This document shows positions 20,407 through 28,864 of a stretch of 64,000 bases of DNA, piece by piece. Origin of the DNA: an uncultured Dehalococcoidia bacterium (GTDB taxonomy: Bacteria > Chloroflexota > Dehalococcoidia > UBA6926); assembly GCA_964653005.1 (NCBI GenBank), contig CAZZAN010000001.1, positions 237,898 to 301,897 of the forward strand, given 5' to 3'. The position numbers and the translations under genes are program-made. The notes beneath the pieces were generated by a model. The model did no database searches and was not told where the DNA came from. It worked only from the letters and a program-made list of their open reading frames with translations. Numbering within the stretch: position 1 is the first letter of the stretch; every line of letters begins with the position of its first letter.

Positions 20407-20732
20407 GCAGACGACGCAATCAAACTCCGGGGCCGGGTCGGGGCGGTGGGCGCGATGGACGTGCCGGGCGCGGCGGTCAGCCAAATGTGGGCGGCAATCG
20501 AGCGGAGCGGCGGTCATTCCTGGAGCGGATTCGAGTGCGCGAGGATGTTGCGGCAGACGCGCCCGCGGGAATGCGGCGAGGACAGCAGCGCGGCAACAAC
20601 AGGTCGCGCAGCCGCGGCCAAGGCTGGACGTTCGGCCGCATATTCGTCCTGTCCGTCATGGCATTTCTTGCCCTCGCCCTCGCGCTCAGCGGCCTGATCG
20701 CGTTCCTTCCGCCACCCGGCACGGCCAGCTAG
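20403..20732 (+). CDS. Hypothetical small Arg/Gly-rich protein with a C-terminal TM helix
   Basis: 109 aa. The ATGA overlap with the tilS stop suggests translational coupling. Its last about 15 codons are duplicated downstream with synonymous-only differences, which supports a real coding region. Confidence 0.4.
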   Translation: MSRRRNQTPGPGRGGGRDGRAGRGGQPNVGGNRAERRSFLERIRVREDVAADAPAGMRRGQQRGNNRSRSRGQGWTFGRIFVLSVMAFLALALALSGLIAFLPPPGTAS

Positions 20733-20736
20733 CGCG
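20688..20736 (+). repeat. Direct repeat, left copy (3' end of small ORF, ...SGLIAFLPPPGTAS*)
   Basis: 48-49 bp with 2 mismatches to 21542-21589, both synonymous (ctt ccg cca versus ctg ccc cca). Confidence 0.8.
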
Positions 20737-20737
20737 G

Positions 20738-20772
20738 TTGACAATATAGAACATCTGTATTATTCTCTCCCT
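20738..20772 (+). promoter_or_regulatory. Candidate sigma70-like promoter for the Gp37/Gp68 gene
   Basis: TTGACA at 20738-20743 followed 14-17 nt later by TATTAT/TATTCT, in an AT-rich stretch immediately after the repeat. Confidence 0.35.
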
Positions 20773-20801
20773 CGCGACGGGAGTGAGTGAGGGGGCGCGG
20801 C

Positions 20802-21551
20802 GTGGCATCGACTATTGAGTGGACGGATGAGACGTGGAATCCCGTCACGGGCTGCTCACGGGTCTCGCCGGGCTGCGACAACTGCTACATGTTCGCGCTG
20901 TACCCGAGGCTGCACGCGATGGGTGTGCCGGGCTACGAGGCATCGGCGGACACCGTCACGATGCTGCCGGAGCGCCTCAACGCACCGTTGACGTGGGCCA
21001 AGCCGCGTCGGGTGTTCGTCAATAGCATGTCCGACCTGTTCCATCCCAAGGTGCCGTTTGAGTTCATCTCCCAGGTTTTCGACGTGATGCGCCAAGCGGA
21101 TCAACACATCTTCCAGGTGCTGACCAAGCGACCCGGCAAGGCGGCAGCGTGGTGGGAGAAGTGCGGCAAGCACGAGTTCGCCGACTGGCCACCCAACGTG
21201 TGGATTGGGACATCGGTGGAGAACCAGAAGTACGCGCCGCGCCTGACAGTGTTGGGTCGGATACCCGCCAGGATTCGATTCGTTTCTGCAGAACCTCTTC
21301 TAGACAAATTGGATCTAAGGCCTTGGTTGCGGGATGGCACACTGCACTGGGTAATCACCGGCGGTGAGAGCGGGCCTCGGGCGCGTCCGATGGAGGAGGC
21401 GTGGGCGGTCGCTCTCATGAGGCAATGCCTCGCGGAAGGCGTGGACTTCTTCTTCAAGCAATGGGGCGGCCGGCGAGGGAAGCGCAGCGGGGAAGAAGCC
21501 ATCTTGGCCGGCAGGACGTGGCAGGAGATGCCGGCGGCGCTAGCGGCCTGA
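20802..21551 (+). CDS. Phage Gp37/Gp68 family protein (DUF5131)
   Basis: About 249 aa from GTG 20802 with a GAGGGGG RBS. TIEWTDETWNPVTGCSRVSPGCDNCY is the family's N-terminal three-Cys signature. Confidence 0.75.
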   Translation: MASTIEWTDETWNPVTGCSRVSPGCDNCYMFALYPRLHAMGVPGYEASADTVTMLPERLNAPLTWAKPRRVFVNSMSDLFHPKVPFEFISQVFDVMRQADQHIFQVLTKRPGKAAAWWEKCGKHEFADWPPNVWIGTSVENQKYAPRLTVLGRIPARIRFVSAEPLLDKLDLRPWLRDGTLHWVITGGESGPRARPMEEAWAVALMRQCLAEGVDFFFKQWGGRRGKRSGEEAILAGRTWQEMPAALAA

Positions 21552-21589
21552 TCGCGTTCCTGCCCCCACCCGGCACGGCCAGCTAGCGC
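21542..21589 (+). repeat. Direct repeat, right copy
   Basis: Matches 20688-20736. It overlaps the stop codon of the Gp37/Gp68 gene. Confidence 0.8.
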
Positions 21590-21621
21590 AGCTCGGTACT
21601 GCCCAGTAGCCTCAGTCCCCC

Positions 21622-22350
21622 TCACCCCACCCGTGGCCTGCCTTTGAAGCGGAGGCGGGCGAGGCCTTTGATGTCTTCCCAAGCGGTGGAGATGATCTTG
21701 ACCCTTGTGTCCGGGTCTTCTTCCCATGCGACGGGGAAATCGGCGATGGGGTAGCGGTTCTTCTCGGCGAGGAGCAGCAGTTCTGTGTCGAAAAACCAGG
21801 CGTTGTCCTTGATGAGCGGCAGGAGATTGTCCGCGGCGCGGCGGCTGATGGCCTTGAAGCCGCATTGCGCGTCCGAGAACCCGCTCCAGAACACCGACTT
21901 AATCATCAGGTTGTAGGAGCGCGAGACGAACTCGCGCTTGAATGAGCGCGTGGTCTGGGCGCCGCGCTTGAGGCGGGAGCCCGTCGCCACGTCATGGCCG
22001 TCCCTGACCGCGCCGAGCAGATCCGGGATGCGGTCGATGTCCGTCGAAAGGTCCACGTCCATGTAGGCGCGGATATCGGCGTCGCTCTCGCTCCACGCCC
22101 GCTTGAGCGCCCCGCCGCGTCCCTTCTGCTCAAGATGGACGACGCCGACCTCGCCCTCGTATTGCGCCGCCAACCCGTTCGCCACCTCAAGCGTGCCGTC
22201 CACAGAGCCGTTGTCGGCAATGACAACGCGCCAACGGTAATCGGCCAGGTTTTCGCGGCAGTACGGCAGCAGGCGTTCGAGGCACACGGGCAGCGAGTGT
22301 TCCTCGTTGTAGACGGGGATAACGATGTCGGCCGAGGGGGAGTCCGTCAC
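21622..22350 (-). CDS. Family 2 glycosyltransferase (dolichol-phosphate mannosyltransferase-like)
   Basis: 242 aa. IVIPVYNEE...DADLS... GT2 motifs. Confidence 0.8.
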   Translation of the reverse strand: MTDSPSADIVIPVYNEEHSLPVCLERLLPYCRENLADYRWRVVIADNGSVDGTLEVANGLAAQYEGEVGVVHLEQKGRGGALKRAWSESDADIRAYMDVDLSTDIDRIPDLLGAVRDGHDVATGSRLKRGAQTTRSFKREFVSRSYNLMIKSVFWSGFSDAQCGFKAISRRAADNLLPLIKDNAWFFDTELLLLAEKNRYPIADFPVAWEEDPDTRVKIISTAWEDIKGLARLRFKGRPRVG

Positions 22351-22359
22351 GGGTGCCGC

Positions 22360-23919
22360 CTAGTGTCTGAAGTGGCGGATGCCCGTGAACACCATGGCCG
22401 CGCCGGCGTTGTTGGCGGCGGCAATGACCTCATCGTCGCGGACGGAGCCGCCGGGCTCCACTGCCGCAGTCACACCGCCTTTGAGCGCCATTTCCAGCCC
22501 GTCCGCGAACGGGAAGAAGGCATCCGAGGCAACAACCGCGCCCTGCGCTGCGTCGCCGGCCAGTTTTAGGGCGAGTTCCACACTGATGAGGCGGTTGGGC
22601 TGTCCCGCGCCCATGCCGAGCAGCGCGCCGTCTTTCACAATCACGATGGCGTTGGACTTCACGTGCCGCGCGGCTTTCCACGCGAAACGCAGATCGGCCA
22701 GCTCAGCGTCCGTTGGGGCGCGCTCTGTCACCGTCTGCCACTCGCCCATCTCGCCCATGTCAGCCGCCTGCACGAGGAATCCTCCGCGCACGGTGCGGAT
22801 ATCCAGCGACGGCGCGGCGGCGGACGCATCGGTTATCTCCAACAGGCGCAGGTTGCGCTTCTGCGTGAGCACGGAGAGCGCGTCATCGTCATAGGACGGG
22901 GCGATGACAATCTCATAGAAGGCCTCGTTGATGGCCTCCGCCGTCGCCTTGTCCATCGGGCGGTTGGCGGCGATGATGCCGCCGAATGCGGAGACGGGAT
23001 CTCCGGCGAGGGCGCGGCTGAATGCGGTGGCGAGGTCGGGCGCGGTGGCGAGGCCGCACGGGTTGCCGTGCTTGATGATGGCCACCGTGGGCGCATCCGG
23101 GAAATCACAGACGACGTTCCATGCGGCGTCCGCGTCAAGGATGTTGTTGAAGGACATCTCGCGGCCATGCACCTGGCGCGCGGCGGGGATGCCCTGCGCG
23201 GGGCGGCCGGGGTCGTTGATCGTGTAGAGCGCGCCCGCCTGATGTGGGTTCTCGCCGTAGCGGAGCGACTGGATGGACTGCAGGGCCAGCACGCGCTCGG
23301 CGGGGAGCGTGGCGGCCTCATCGTCCATGCCCGCGGCGCCCATGTCCCGGGCAAGGTAGTTGGCGATAATCGTGTCATAGGCAGAGACGTGCTCAAACGC
23401 CTTGCGGGCAAGGCGGCGCCGCTCGGCGACGGGAACGACACCGGCACGGAGCATCTCCAGCACTGGGGCGTAATCAGCAGGGTCGATCAGGACGATAACG
23501 GCGGGGAAATTCTTGGCGGCGGCGCGGACCATCGTTGGGCCCCCGATATCGATCTGCTCCAAAGCGTCCATAAGCGTCACGTCCGGCTTGGATACCGTCT
23601 CCGCGAACGGGTAGAGGTTCACGGCGATGAGGTCGATTGTGCCGATGCCGTGCTCTTCCATCTGCGCGACATGCTCCGGTTCTTCACGCTTGGCGAGGAT
23701 GCCGCCGTGGACGCGGGGATGGAGAGTCTTGACGCGGCCACCGAGTATCTCCGGGAAACCCGTCAGATCCTCGATGTGCTTGGCATCAATGCCCGCGCCG
23801 GTCAGGAAGCGATGCGTCCCGCCTGTGGCGTACACCTCCCAGCCGAGATCGGTCAATCCATGCGCGAGGTCATCCGCGCCATCCTTGTTCGATGGGGCGA
23901 TGATTGCTCGAAATGTCAT
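22360..23919 (-). CDS. purH: Bifunctional AICAR transformylase / IMP cyclohydrolase
   Basis: 519 aa. ...GGRVKTLHPRVHGGILA... Confidence 0.95.
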   Translation of the reverse strand: MTFRAIIAPSNKDGADDLAHGLTDLGWEVYATGGTHRFLTGAGIDAKHIEDLTGFPEILGGRVKTLHPRVHGGILAKREEPEHVAQMEEHGIGTIDLIAVNLYPFAETVSKPDVTLMDALEQIDIGGPTMVRAAAKNFPAVIVLIDPADYAPVLEMLRAGVVPVAERRRLARKAFEHVSAYDTIIANYLARDMGAAGMDDEAATLPAERVLALQSIQSLRYGENPHQAGALYTINDPGRPAQGIPAARQVHGREMSFNNILDADAAWNVVCDFPDAPTVAIIKHGNPCGLATAPDLATAFSRALAGDPVSAFGGIIAANRPMDKATAEAINEAFYEIVIAPSYDDDALSVLTQKRNLRLLEITDASAAAPSLDIRTVRGGFLVQAADMGEMGEWQTVTERAPTDAELADLRFAWKAARHVKSNAIVIVKDGALLGMGAGQPNRLISVELALKLAGDAAQGAVVASDAFFPFADGLEMALKGGVTAAVEPGGSVRDDEVIAAANNAGAAMVFTGIRHFRH

Positions 23920-24956
23920 TCGCGCTCCATTCTGAGGACAATGCGTTCGCCATCCGGCGGCCGTTCTTCGATTGTGCCGACCTGCGCGCTGCCCTCCATC
24001 ACAGACATGACCATCGACGCGTCCTGCGGACGTACAACGGCGATCATTCCCATGCCCATGTTGAACACGTCATACATCTCCGTCAGTGGGATTTCACCGC
24101 GGCTGCTGATGAGCCGAAAGATGGGCGGCACAGTCCACGCGCCGCAGTCGACAACGGCCTGGAGATTGTCCGGCAGAACGCGCGGCACATTTTCCGAGTA
24201 GCCGCCGCCCGTGATATGCGCGAGCCCCCGGACACGTCGCCGCATCGGCTTCAGTTCACGGTAATAGGGCCGATGGACGGCCAATAACGCCTCAGCAACC
24301 GTCTCGCCGCCGAGTTCAGGCGGTTTCTCGTCAAGATTCTCCGGATGATCGTCAAGATCAAAGACTCGGCGGGCCAACGAGTAGCCGTTGGTGTGGAGGC
24401 CGGTTGAGGGCAGGCCAACGAGGACATCACCCGCGCGGATGCCGGTACCGTCAATGAGGTCCCAGCGCTCCACCGCGCCGACGATGAATCCGGCGACGTC
24501 ATAGTGGCCCTCGCGGTATGTGCCGGGCATTTCGGCAGTCTCGCCGCCGATGAGGGCGATGCCGGCAGCGCTGCATGCCTCCGCCATTCCGCGCACGATG
24601 TCCGCGGCGTCCTGCGGATTGAGGCTGTCTGTGGCGATGTAGTCCAGGAAGAAGAGCGGGTCGGCGCCCTGCACCCAGATATCGTTGATGCAGTGATTCA
24701 CCAGGTCCGCGCCGATGCTTGCGAACGACCCTGCCTGCTTGGCGATGTTGATCTTGGTTCCGACACCGTCCGTGCTGGCAACGAGTATCGGTTCGCGGTA
24801 GGAATCGAGCTTGAAGAGGCCGCCAAAGCCGCCAATATCACCCAGAACGCGATTGTTGTACGTGGACTGGGCGAATGGGCGCATCAGGCGCACGGCTTCC
24901 TGCCCCGCGCCGATGTTCACACCGGCTGCTGCGTAGCTTGACTCCGAATCAGACAC
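23916..24956 (-). CDS. purM: Phosphoribosylformylglycinamidine cyclo-ligase (AIR synthetase)
   Basis: About 346 aa from GTG 24956 (VSDSESSYAAAGVNI...). The track's 448-aa ORF extends into purF in another frame. DGVGTK motif. Confidence 0.85.
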   Translation of the reverse strand: MSDSESSYAAAGVNIGAGQEAVRLMRPFAQSTYNNRVLGDIGGFGGLFKLDSYREPILVASTDGVGTKINIAKQAGSFASIGADLVNHCINDIWVQGADPLFFLDYIATDSLNPQDAADIVRGMAEACSAAGIALIGGETAEMPGTYREGHYDVAGFIVGAVERWDLIDGTGIRAGDVLVGLPSTGLHTNGYSLARRVFDLDDHPENLDEKPPELGGETVAEALLAVHRPYYRELKPMRRRVRGLAHITGGGYSENVPRVLPDNLQAVVDCGAWTVPPIFRLISSRGEIPLTEMYDVFNMGMGMIAVVRPQDASMVMSVMEGSAQVGTIEERPPDGERIVLRMERE

Positions 24957-26370
24957 GCAGGGGGAGCCGCTCCAGCGCAAATTTATCAAGCTCGACCTGG
25001 ACGGGAACAGTGTAGTCACCCGTGAAACAGGCCGTGCAGAATCCCGGGCCCTCCTGAGCGACGGAACTGTACAGGCTCGGGACATCAAGGAATCCGAGGC
25101 TGTCAACACCGAGTTCCTCTCGCACCTCTTCAACACTGCGATCCGACGCAAGAAGCTCGGCTCGGTTCGGCATATCGATGCCGTAGTGGCAGGGGTAGCG
25201 GATGGGAGGAGCGCAGACACGGAGGTGAATTTCCTTGGCCCCGGAGCTGCGGAGCAGTTCAATCAGGTGACGCGTCGTCGTGCCGCGCACGATGCTGTCG
25301 TCCACGATCACAAGGCGCTTGCCCTCGATCACCTCGCGCAAAGGAGTCAACTTGAGACGGACGCCCTCATCACGCAGGCGTTGATCAGGCTGAATGAAGG
25401 TACGGCCAACATAGCGATTCTTGACCAGCGTCTCGTAGAAGGGGATGCCGGAGCCGTGCGCATAGCCGATGCCTGCGGCGGTGGCGGAGTCTGGGACGGC
25501 GCTGACGATGTCCGCCTCGACGGGGTGCATGCGGGCCAGTTCCTTGCCCATCGCCTCGCGGCTCAGATAGACGCGCCGACCTTCCAGGACGGAGTCGGGT
25601 CGGGAGAAATAGATGTGCTCGAAGATGCAAAGGGATCGCTTCTCGCGGCGTCCGAACGTGGAATGGAGACCGGTTGCATCAATACGCACTATCTCGCCGG
25701 GCTCCACGTCCCGAACGAACTCTGCGCCCACATTCTCCAGAGCGCACGTCTCGGAAGCGGCCAAATAGCCGGACTCGCCCACGCGTCCAAGGCTTAGCGG
25801 ACGGAATCCGTGGGGATCCCGGACGGCATAAACGGCGTCCTTGGTGAGGATGGTCAGGCTGTACGCGCCCTCCAGCCGCAGCATCGCCGCCGTAATCTTC
25901 TCCTCCCATGTTTCGCCCGGGAGGACGGCGATGAGTTGGGCAATGACTTCTGAATCGGTGGACGTGACGAATTGCGCGCCGAGTTCGAGAGCCTCCTCAC
26001 GCAGCAGTTCGGCATTCACAACGTTGCCGTTGTGCGCGATGAGAACCTCTCCCAGTGGGCCGTTGGCCGGAATGGGCTGCGCGTTGGCAAGCGTGGAACT
26101 GCCGGTGGTGGAGTAGCGGGTATGGCCGATAGCGAGTTTGCCGGGGATGACGTTCAGGGTGTGCTCATCAAAGACGCGATTGACGAGGCCAAGCCCGCGG
26201 TAGAGGTGGAGCTCCTGGTTGTCATCAGACGCGGCAATGCCCGCGCTTTCCTGGCCGCGATGCTGGAGAGAGAAGATACCGAAAAAGGCTGCCCGCGCGG
26301 CGTCGCCGCCCGGTAGGTAGATGCCAACGACGCCGCAAGCGTCGTGCAACTTGTCGTCGTCCACTCTCAC
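24949..26370 (-). CDS. purF: Amidophosphoribosyltransferase
   Basis: 473 aa. ...HDACGVVGIY... Ntn Cys after a short propeptide, then a PRTase domain. Confidence 0.9.
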   Translation of the reverse strand: MRVDDDKLHDACGVVGIYLPGGDAARAAFFGIFSLQHRGQESAGIAASDDNQELHLYRGLGLVNRVFDEHTLNVIPGKLAIGHTRYSTTGSSTLANAQPIPANGPLGEVLIAHNGNVVNAELLREEALELGAQFVTSTDSEVIAQLIAVLPGETWEEKITAAMLRLEGAYSLTILTKDAVYAVRDPHGFRPLSLGRVGESGYLAASETCALENVGAEFVRDVEPGEIVRIDATGLHSTFGRREKRSLCIFEHIYFSRPDSVLEGRRVYLSREAMGKELARMHPVEADIVSAVPDSATAAGIGYAHGSGIPFYETLVKNRYVGRTFIQPDQRLRDEGVRLKLTPLREVIEGKRLVIVDDSIVRGTTTRHLIELLRSSGAKEIHLRVCAPPIRYPCHYGIDMPNRAELLASDRSVEEVREELGVDSLGFLDVPSLYSSVAQEGPGFCTACFTGDYTVPVQVELDKFALERLPLRV

Positions 26371-26482
26371 CTACCGGTGACCATCAGGTCCGGCTCCCCG
26401 GGCACTGGCTAAGCGAAACAAGGTCAAGGATACCAAATCTCAGGTCAGAACGCACGCCAAAATGTGTGGGTTTGGCGATGCC

Positions 26483-26770
26483 TTAGGCCGTTCCGGCGTG
26501 GAGACGGAGACCAAGGACCTTGATGATGGCGAGGACGGTGGAGAGGTCCAAGGACGATTCGACCTTCTTCTCAAGGTCCAAGGCTTCAGGGGGTAACCCG
26601 GCGTCCAGCGCCTCTTTTTCCATACCTTTTGACCGAGCGATGTGGCCCAAGATTCCGATGAGGGTCTGGGGGTGATCCTCGTCAAGAGCAGCCTCGAGAA
26701 AATCTGCCCTGTCTTCATCTGTAACGAGATCTGTAGCTGGGTCCCAAAGTCGGAGAGCTACACGTGCCAT
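26483..26770 (-). CDS. Addiction-module antidote protein (HigA-family-like antitoxin)
   Basis: About 95 aa from ATG 26770, with a 4-nt overlap onto the toxin stop. ...DFLEAALDEDHPQTLIGILGHIARSKGM...LSTVLAIIKVLGLRL matches the antidote family pattern. Confidence 0.7.
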   Translation of the reverse strand: MARVALRLWDPATDLVTDEDRADFLEAALDEDHPQTLIGILGHIARSKGMEKEALDAGLPPEALDLEKKVESSLDLSTVLAIIKVLGLRLHAGTA

Positions 26771-27096
26771 CACAGATCCTCCCATTCGGCACTTTCGCGT
26801 GCGATGGCTCGCGCGCTGCGGATGTCCGCATCCTGCGTACTTTTGTCACCACCGACGAGGAGTATTATCACAGCTGTTCCTCGCCTGATGAAGTATAGCC
26901 GGTAGCCTTGTCCATAGTGAATCCGAATTTCGGACACTCCCCCGCCAACTGCCCTGACATCGCCGGGATTCCCGTTGCGGAGACGCTCAATCCTCGCGTT
27001 GATGCGCCGTTTGGCTCGTCCATCACGCAGCCCCTCATACCATCGATCATAGACAGCCGTTGTAACGACTCGAATCTGCGGTCTATTCTCCTGCAA
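26770..27096 (-). CDS. Addiction-module killer protein (RelE/ParE-HigB-like toxin)
   Basis: 108 aa. ...RIERLRNGNPGDVRAVGGGVSEIRIHYGQGYRLYF...ILLVGGDKSTQ matches the killer-protein family pattern. Confidence 0.75.
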   Translation of the reverse strand: MQENRPQIRVVTTAVYDRWYEGLRDGRAKRRINARIERLRNGNPGDVRAVGGGVSEIRIHYGQGYRLYFIRRGTAVIILLVGGDKSTQDADIRSARAIARESAEWEDL

Positions 27097-27164
27097 GCAA
27101 TCCGACCATCGTGTTTTGTATTGGTATTAATGCCGCGCTGAGCCGTCGCACGAGGTCCTTCGCG

Positions 27165-28361
27165 TTACCCCGCCACGGCTGCGATGGCGTCCTCCAGGAT
27201 GGCAACGCCCTTGTCCATGTCCTCATCCGTCAGCGTGAGAGGCGGCATGAGGCGGAGGGCGTTGGGGCGCACGCGGTTGACCAACATGCCGCGCTCAAGG
27301 CAGGCCGTGAGCAGGTCGCCTGCGATTTCCTCTTTGAATTGCACGGCTGCCAGCAGGCCCATGCCGCGCACTTCGGCAATTGATGAATGGCGGTCCGCGA
27401 GTCCCTTGAGCGCACTGAGCAGCCGTTCACCGGAAGCCTGAACGCGACCGGGGATGTCTTCGGCCAATACGGTGCGAATCACAGCGAGCGCGGCGGCAGT
27501 TGTCAGGACGTTCCCGCCATACGTGGAGCCGTGGTCGCCGTAGGTGAGGGCGTCTGCGTGAGTCTTGGTCAGGAACGCGCCGATGGGCACGCCGCCGCCG
27601 AGTCCCTTCGCCAGGGACATCACGTCGGGCTCCACTCCAAATGCCTGGTACCCAAAGAGGTGGCCGAGTCTGCCGACTCCCGTCTGAACTTCATCCAGGA
27701 TCATTAGCAGGTTGTTCTCATCGCACCATGCGCGGACGGCGGTCAGATAGTCGGGATCGGGGACGTTGACGCCCCCCTCGCCCTGCACCGGCTCCAGCAT
27801 CACGGCAACGGTGCGCTCCGTAGTGGCCTCACGGATGGCGGCCATGTCATTGAACGGAACATGAACAAAACCGGGAGTGAGCGGCTTGAAACCCTCCTGG
27901 TAGTGCGGCTGGCCGGTAGCGGCAACGGTGGTCATCGTGCGGCCATGGAACGATTCGAGCGCGGTGATGATCTCGTATGCGCCGTCCTTGTGGAGCGCTC
28001 CATAGCGCCGGGCAACCTTGATCGCGCCCTCAACGGCCTCCGCCCCGCTATTACAGAAGAAGACGCGGTCCATGCATGAGTTATCGATGAGGAGCTGCGC
28101 GAGCTCGATCTGCGGGACGGTGTAGAAGGCATTGGACGTTTGGATCAGCGTGGCGGCCTGTTCCGCGATTGCCTCTGTCATCGCCGGATGGGAGTGTCCC
28201 AGCGTGGCCGTTGCCCAGCCGCCGACGAAGTCCAGGTACTCCTTCCCCTTGTCGTCCCACACGGTGCTGTCTTTGCCGCGCACGAGGGTGACCGGAACGC
28301 GGCGAACCGTCTGCATGTAATAGTCGGACTCTACCTGCTGCCAATCTTTGGCTGTCGTCAT
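27165..28361 (-). CDS. argD: Acetylornithine aminotransferase
   Basis: About 398 aa from ATG 28361 with a GGAGAG RBS. Class III aminotransferase motifs and a PLP lysine region. Confidence 0.85.
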   Translation of the reverse strand: MTTAKDWQQVESDYYMQTVRRVPVTLVRGKDSTVWDDKGKEYLDFVGGWATATLGHSHPAMTEAIAEQAATLIQTSNAFYTVPQIELAQLLIDNSCMDRVFFCNSGAEAVEGAIKVARRYGALHKDGAYEIITALESFHGRTMTTVAATGQPHYQEGFKPLTPGFVHVPFNDMAAIREATTERTVAVMLEPVQGEGGVNVPDPDYLTAVRAWCDENNLLMILDEVQTGVGRLGHLFGYQAFGVEPDVMSLAKGLGGGVPIGAFLTKTHADALTYGDHGSTYGGNVLTTAAALAVIRTVLAEDIPGRVQASGERLLSALKGLADRHSSIAEVRGMGLLAAVQFKEEIAGDLLTACLERGMLVNRVRPNALRLMPPLTLTDEDMDKGVAILEDAIAAVAG

Positions 28362-28484
28362 TTGATTCTCTCCATTACCGTCCTGTGGATACAAAAAAGC
28401 ATGCATGCCTCTTGCGCAGTTTCGTATAAGCTATCGTACCGCTTAGGGACCCAAGTCGATAGGGCGCGCTAGATGGGGGACACA

Positions 28485-28862
28485 ATGACGGAATCCACGA
28501 TCACCGAGCCTTTCAGCCTGTTCAACACCACCGCGCTGCTTGGTGACAATCGCAAAGTCTCGGCCCTCGACTCAGATGACAGTCCCGCTGATGGGTGGAT
28601 TGTGAGCGTGCAGCACGTCGCCGAGCCGTGGACGGAGTGGCGGCGTCACACTGACGGCGACGCATTCCTGTTCCTTCTCTGGGGCGCGGCAATTGTACTG
28701 ACTGCCAACGACCCCGCGGCAGAAGCGACTTCAAATGAACTCAAGGCAGCGAGCGCTTTCGTCGTGTCATCCGGGACGTGGTACCGGGTGACAGTGGAGG
28801 AACCGGCCAACCTGCTGACAGCTGTGCGGACAGGTGAGGCTGAGAGTCGGCCTGTCAGTTAG
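28485..28862 (+). CDS. Cupin-domain protein (hypothetical)
   Basis: About 125 aa from the second ATG, which has a GGGGGA RBS. Weak cupin-like pattern only. Confidence 0.45.
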   Translation: MTESTITEPFSLFNTTALLGDNRKVSALDSDDSPADGWIVSVQHVAEPWTEWRRHTDGDAFLFLLWGAAIVLTANDPAAEATSNELKAASAFVVSSGTWYRVTVEEPANLLTAVRTGEAESRPVS

Positions 28863-28864
28863 CC

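Noticed and set aside
20396-20749. Multiple overlapping ORFs in all frames around the tilS 3' end
   Set aside because: Only the frame whose C-terminus is duplicated with silent changes (20403-20732) has independent support. The others are GC-driven.
24957-25262. N-terminal 102-aa extension of the purM ORF
   Set aside because: It overlaps purF in another frame. PurM similarity starts at VSDSESSYAAAGVNI, with GTG at 24956.
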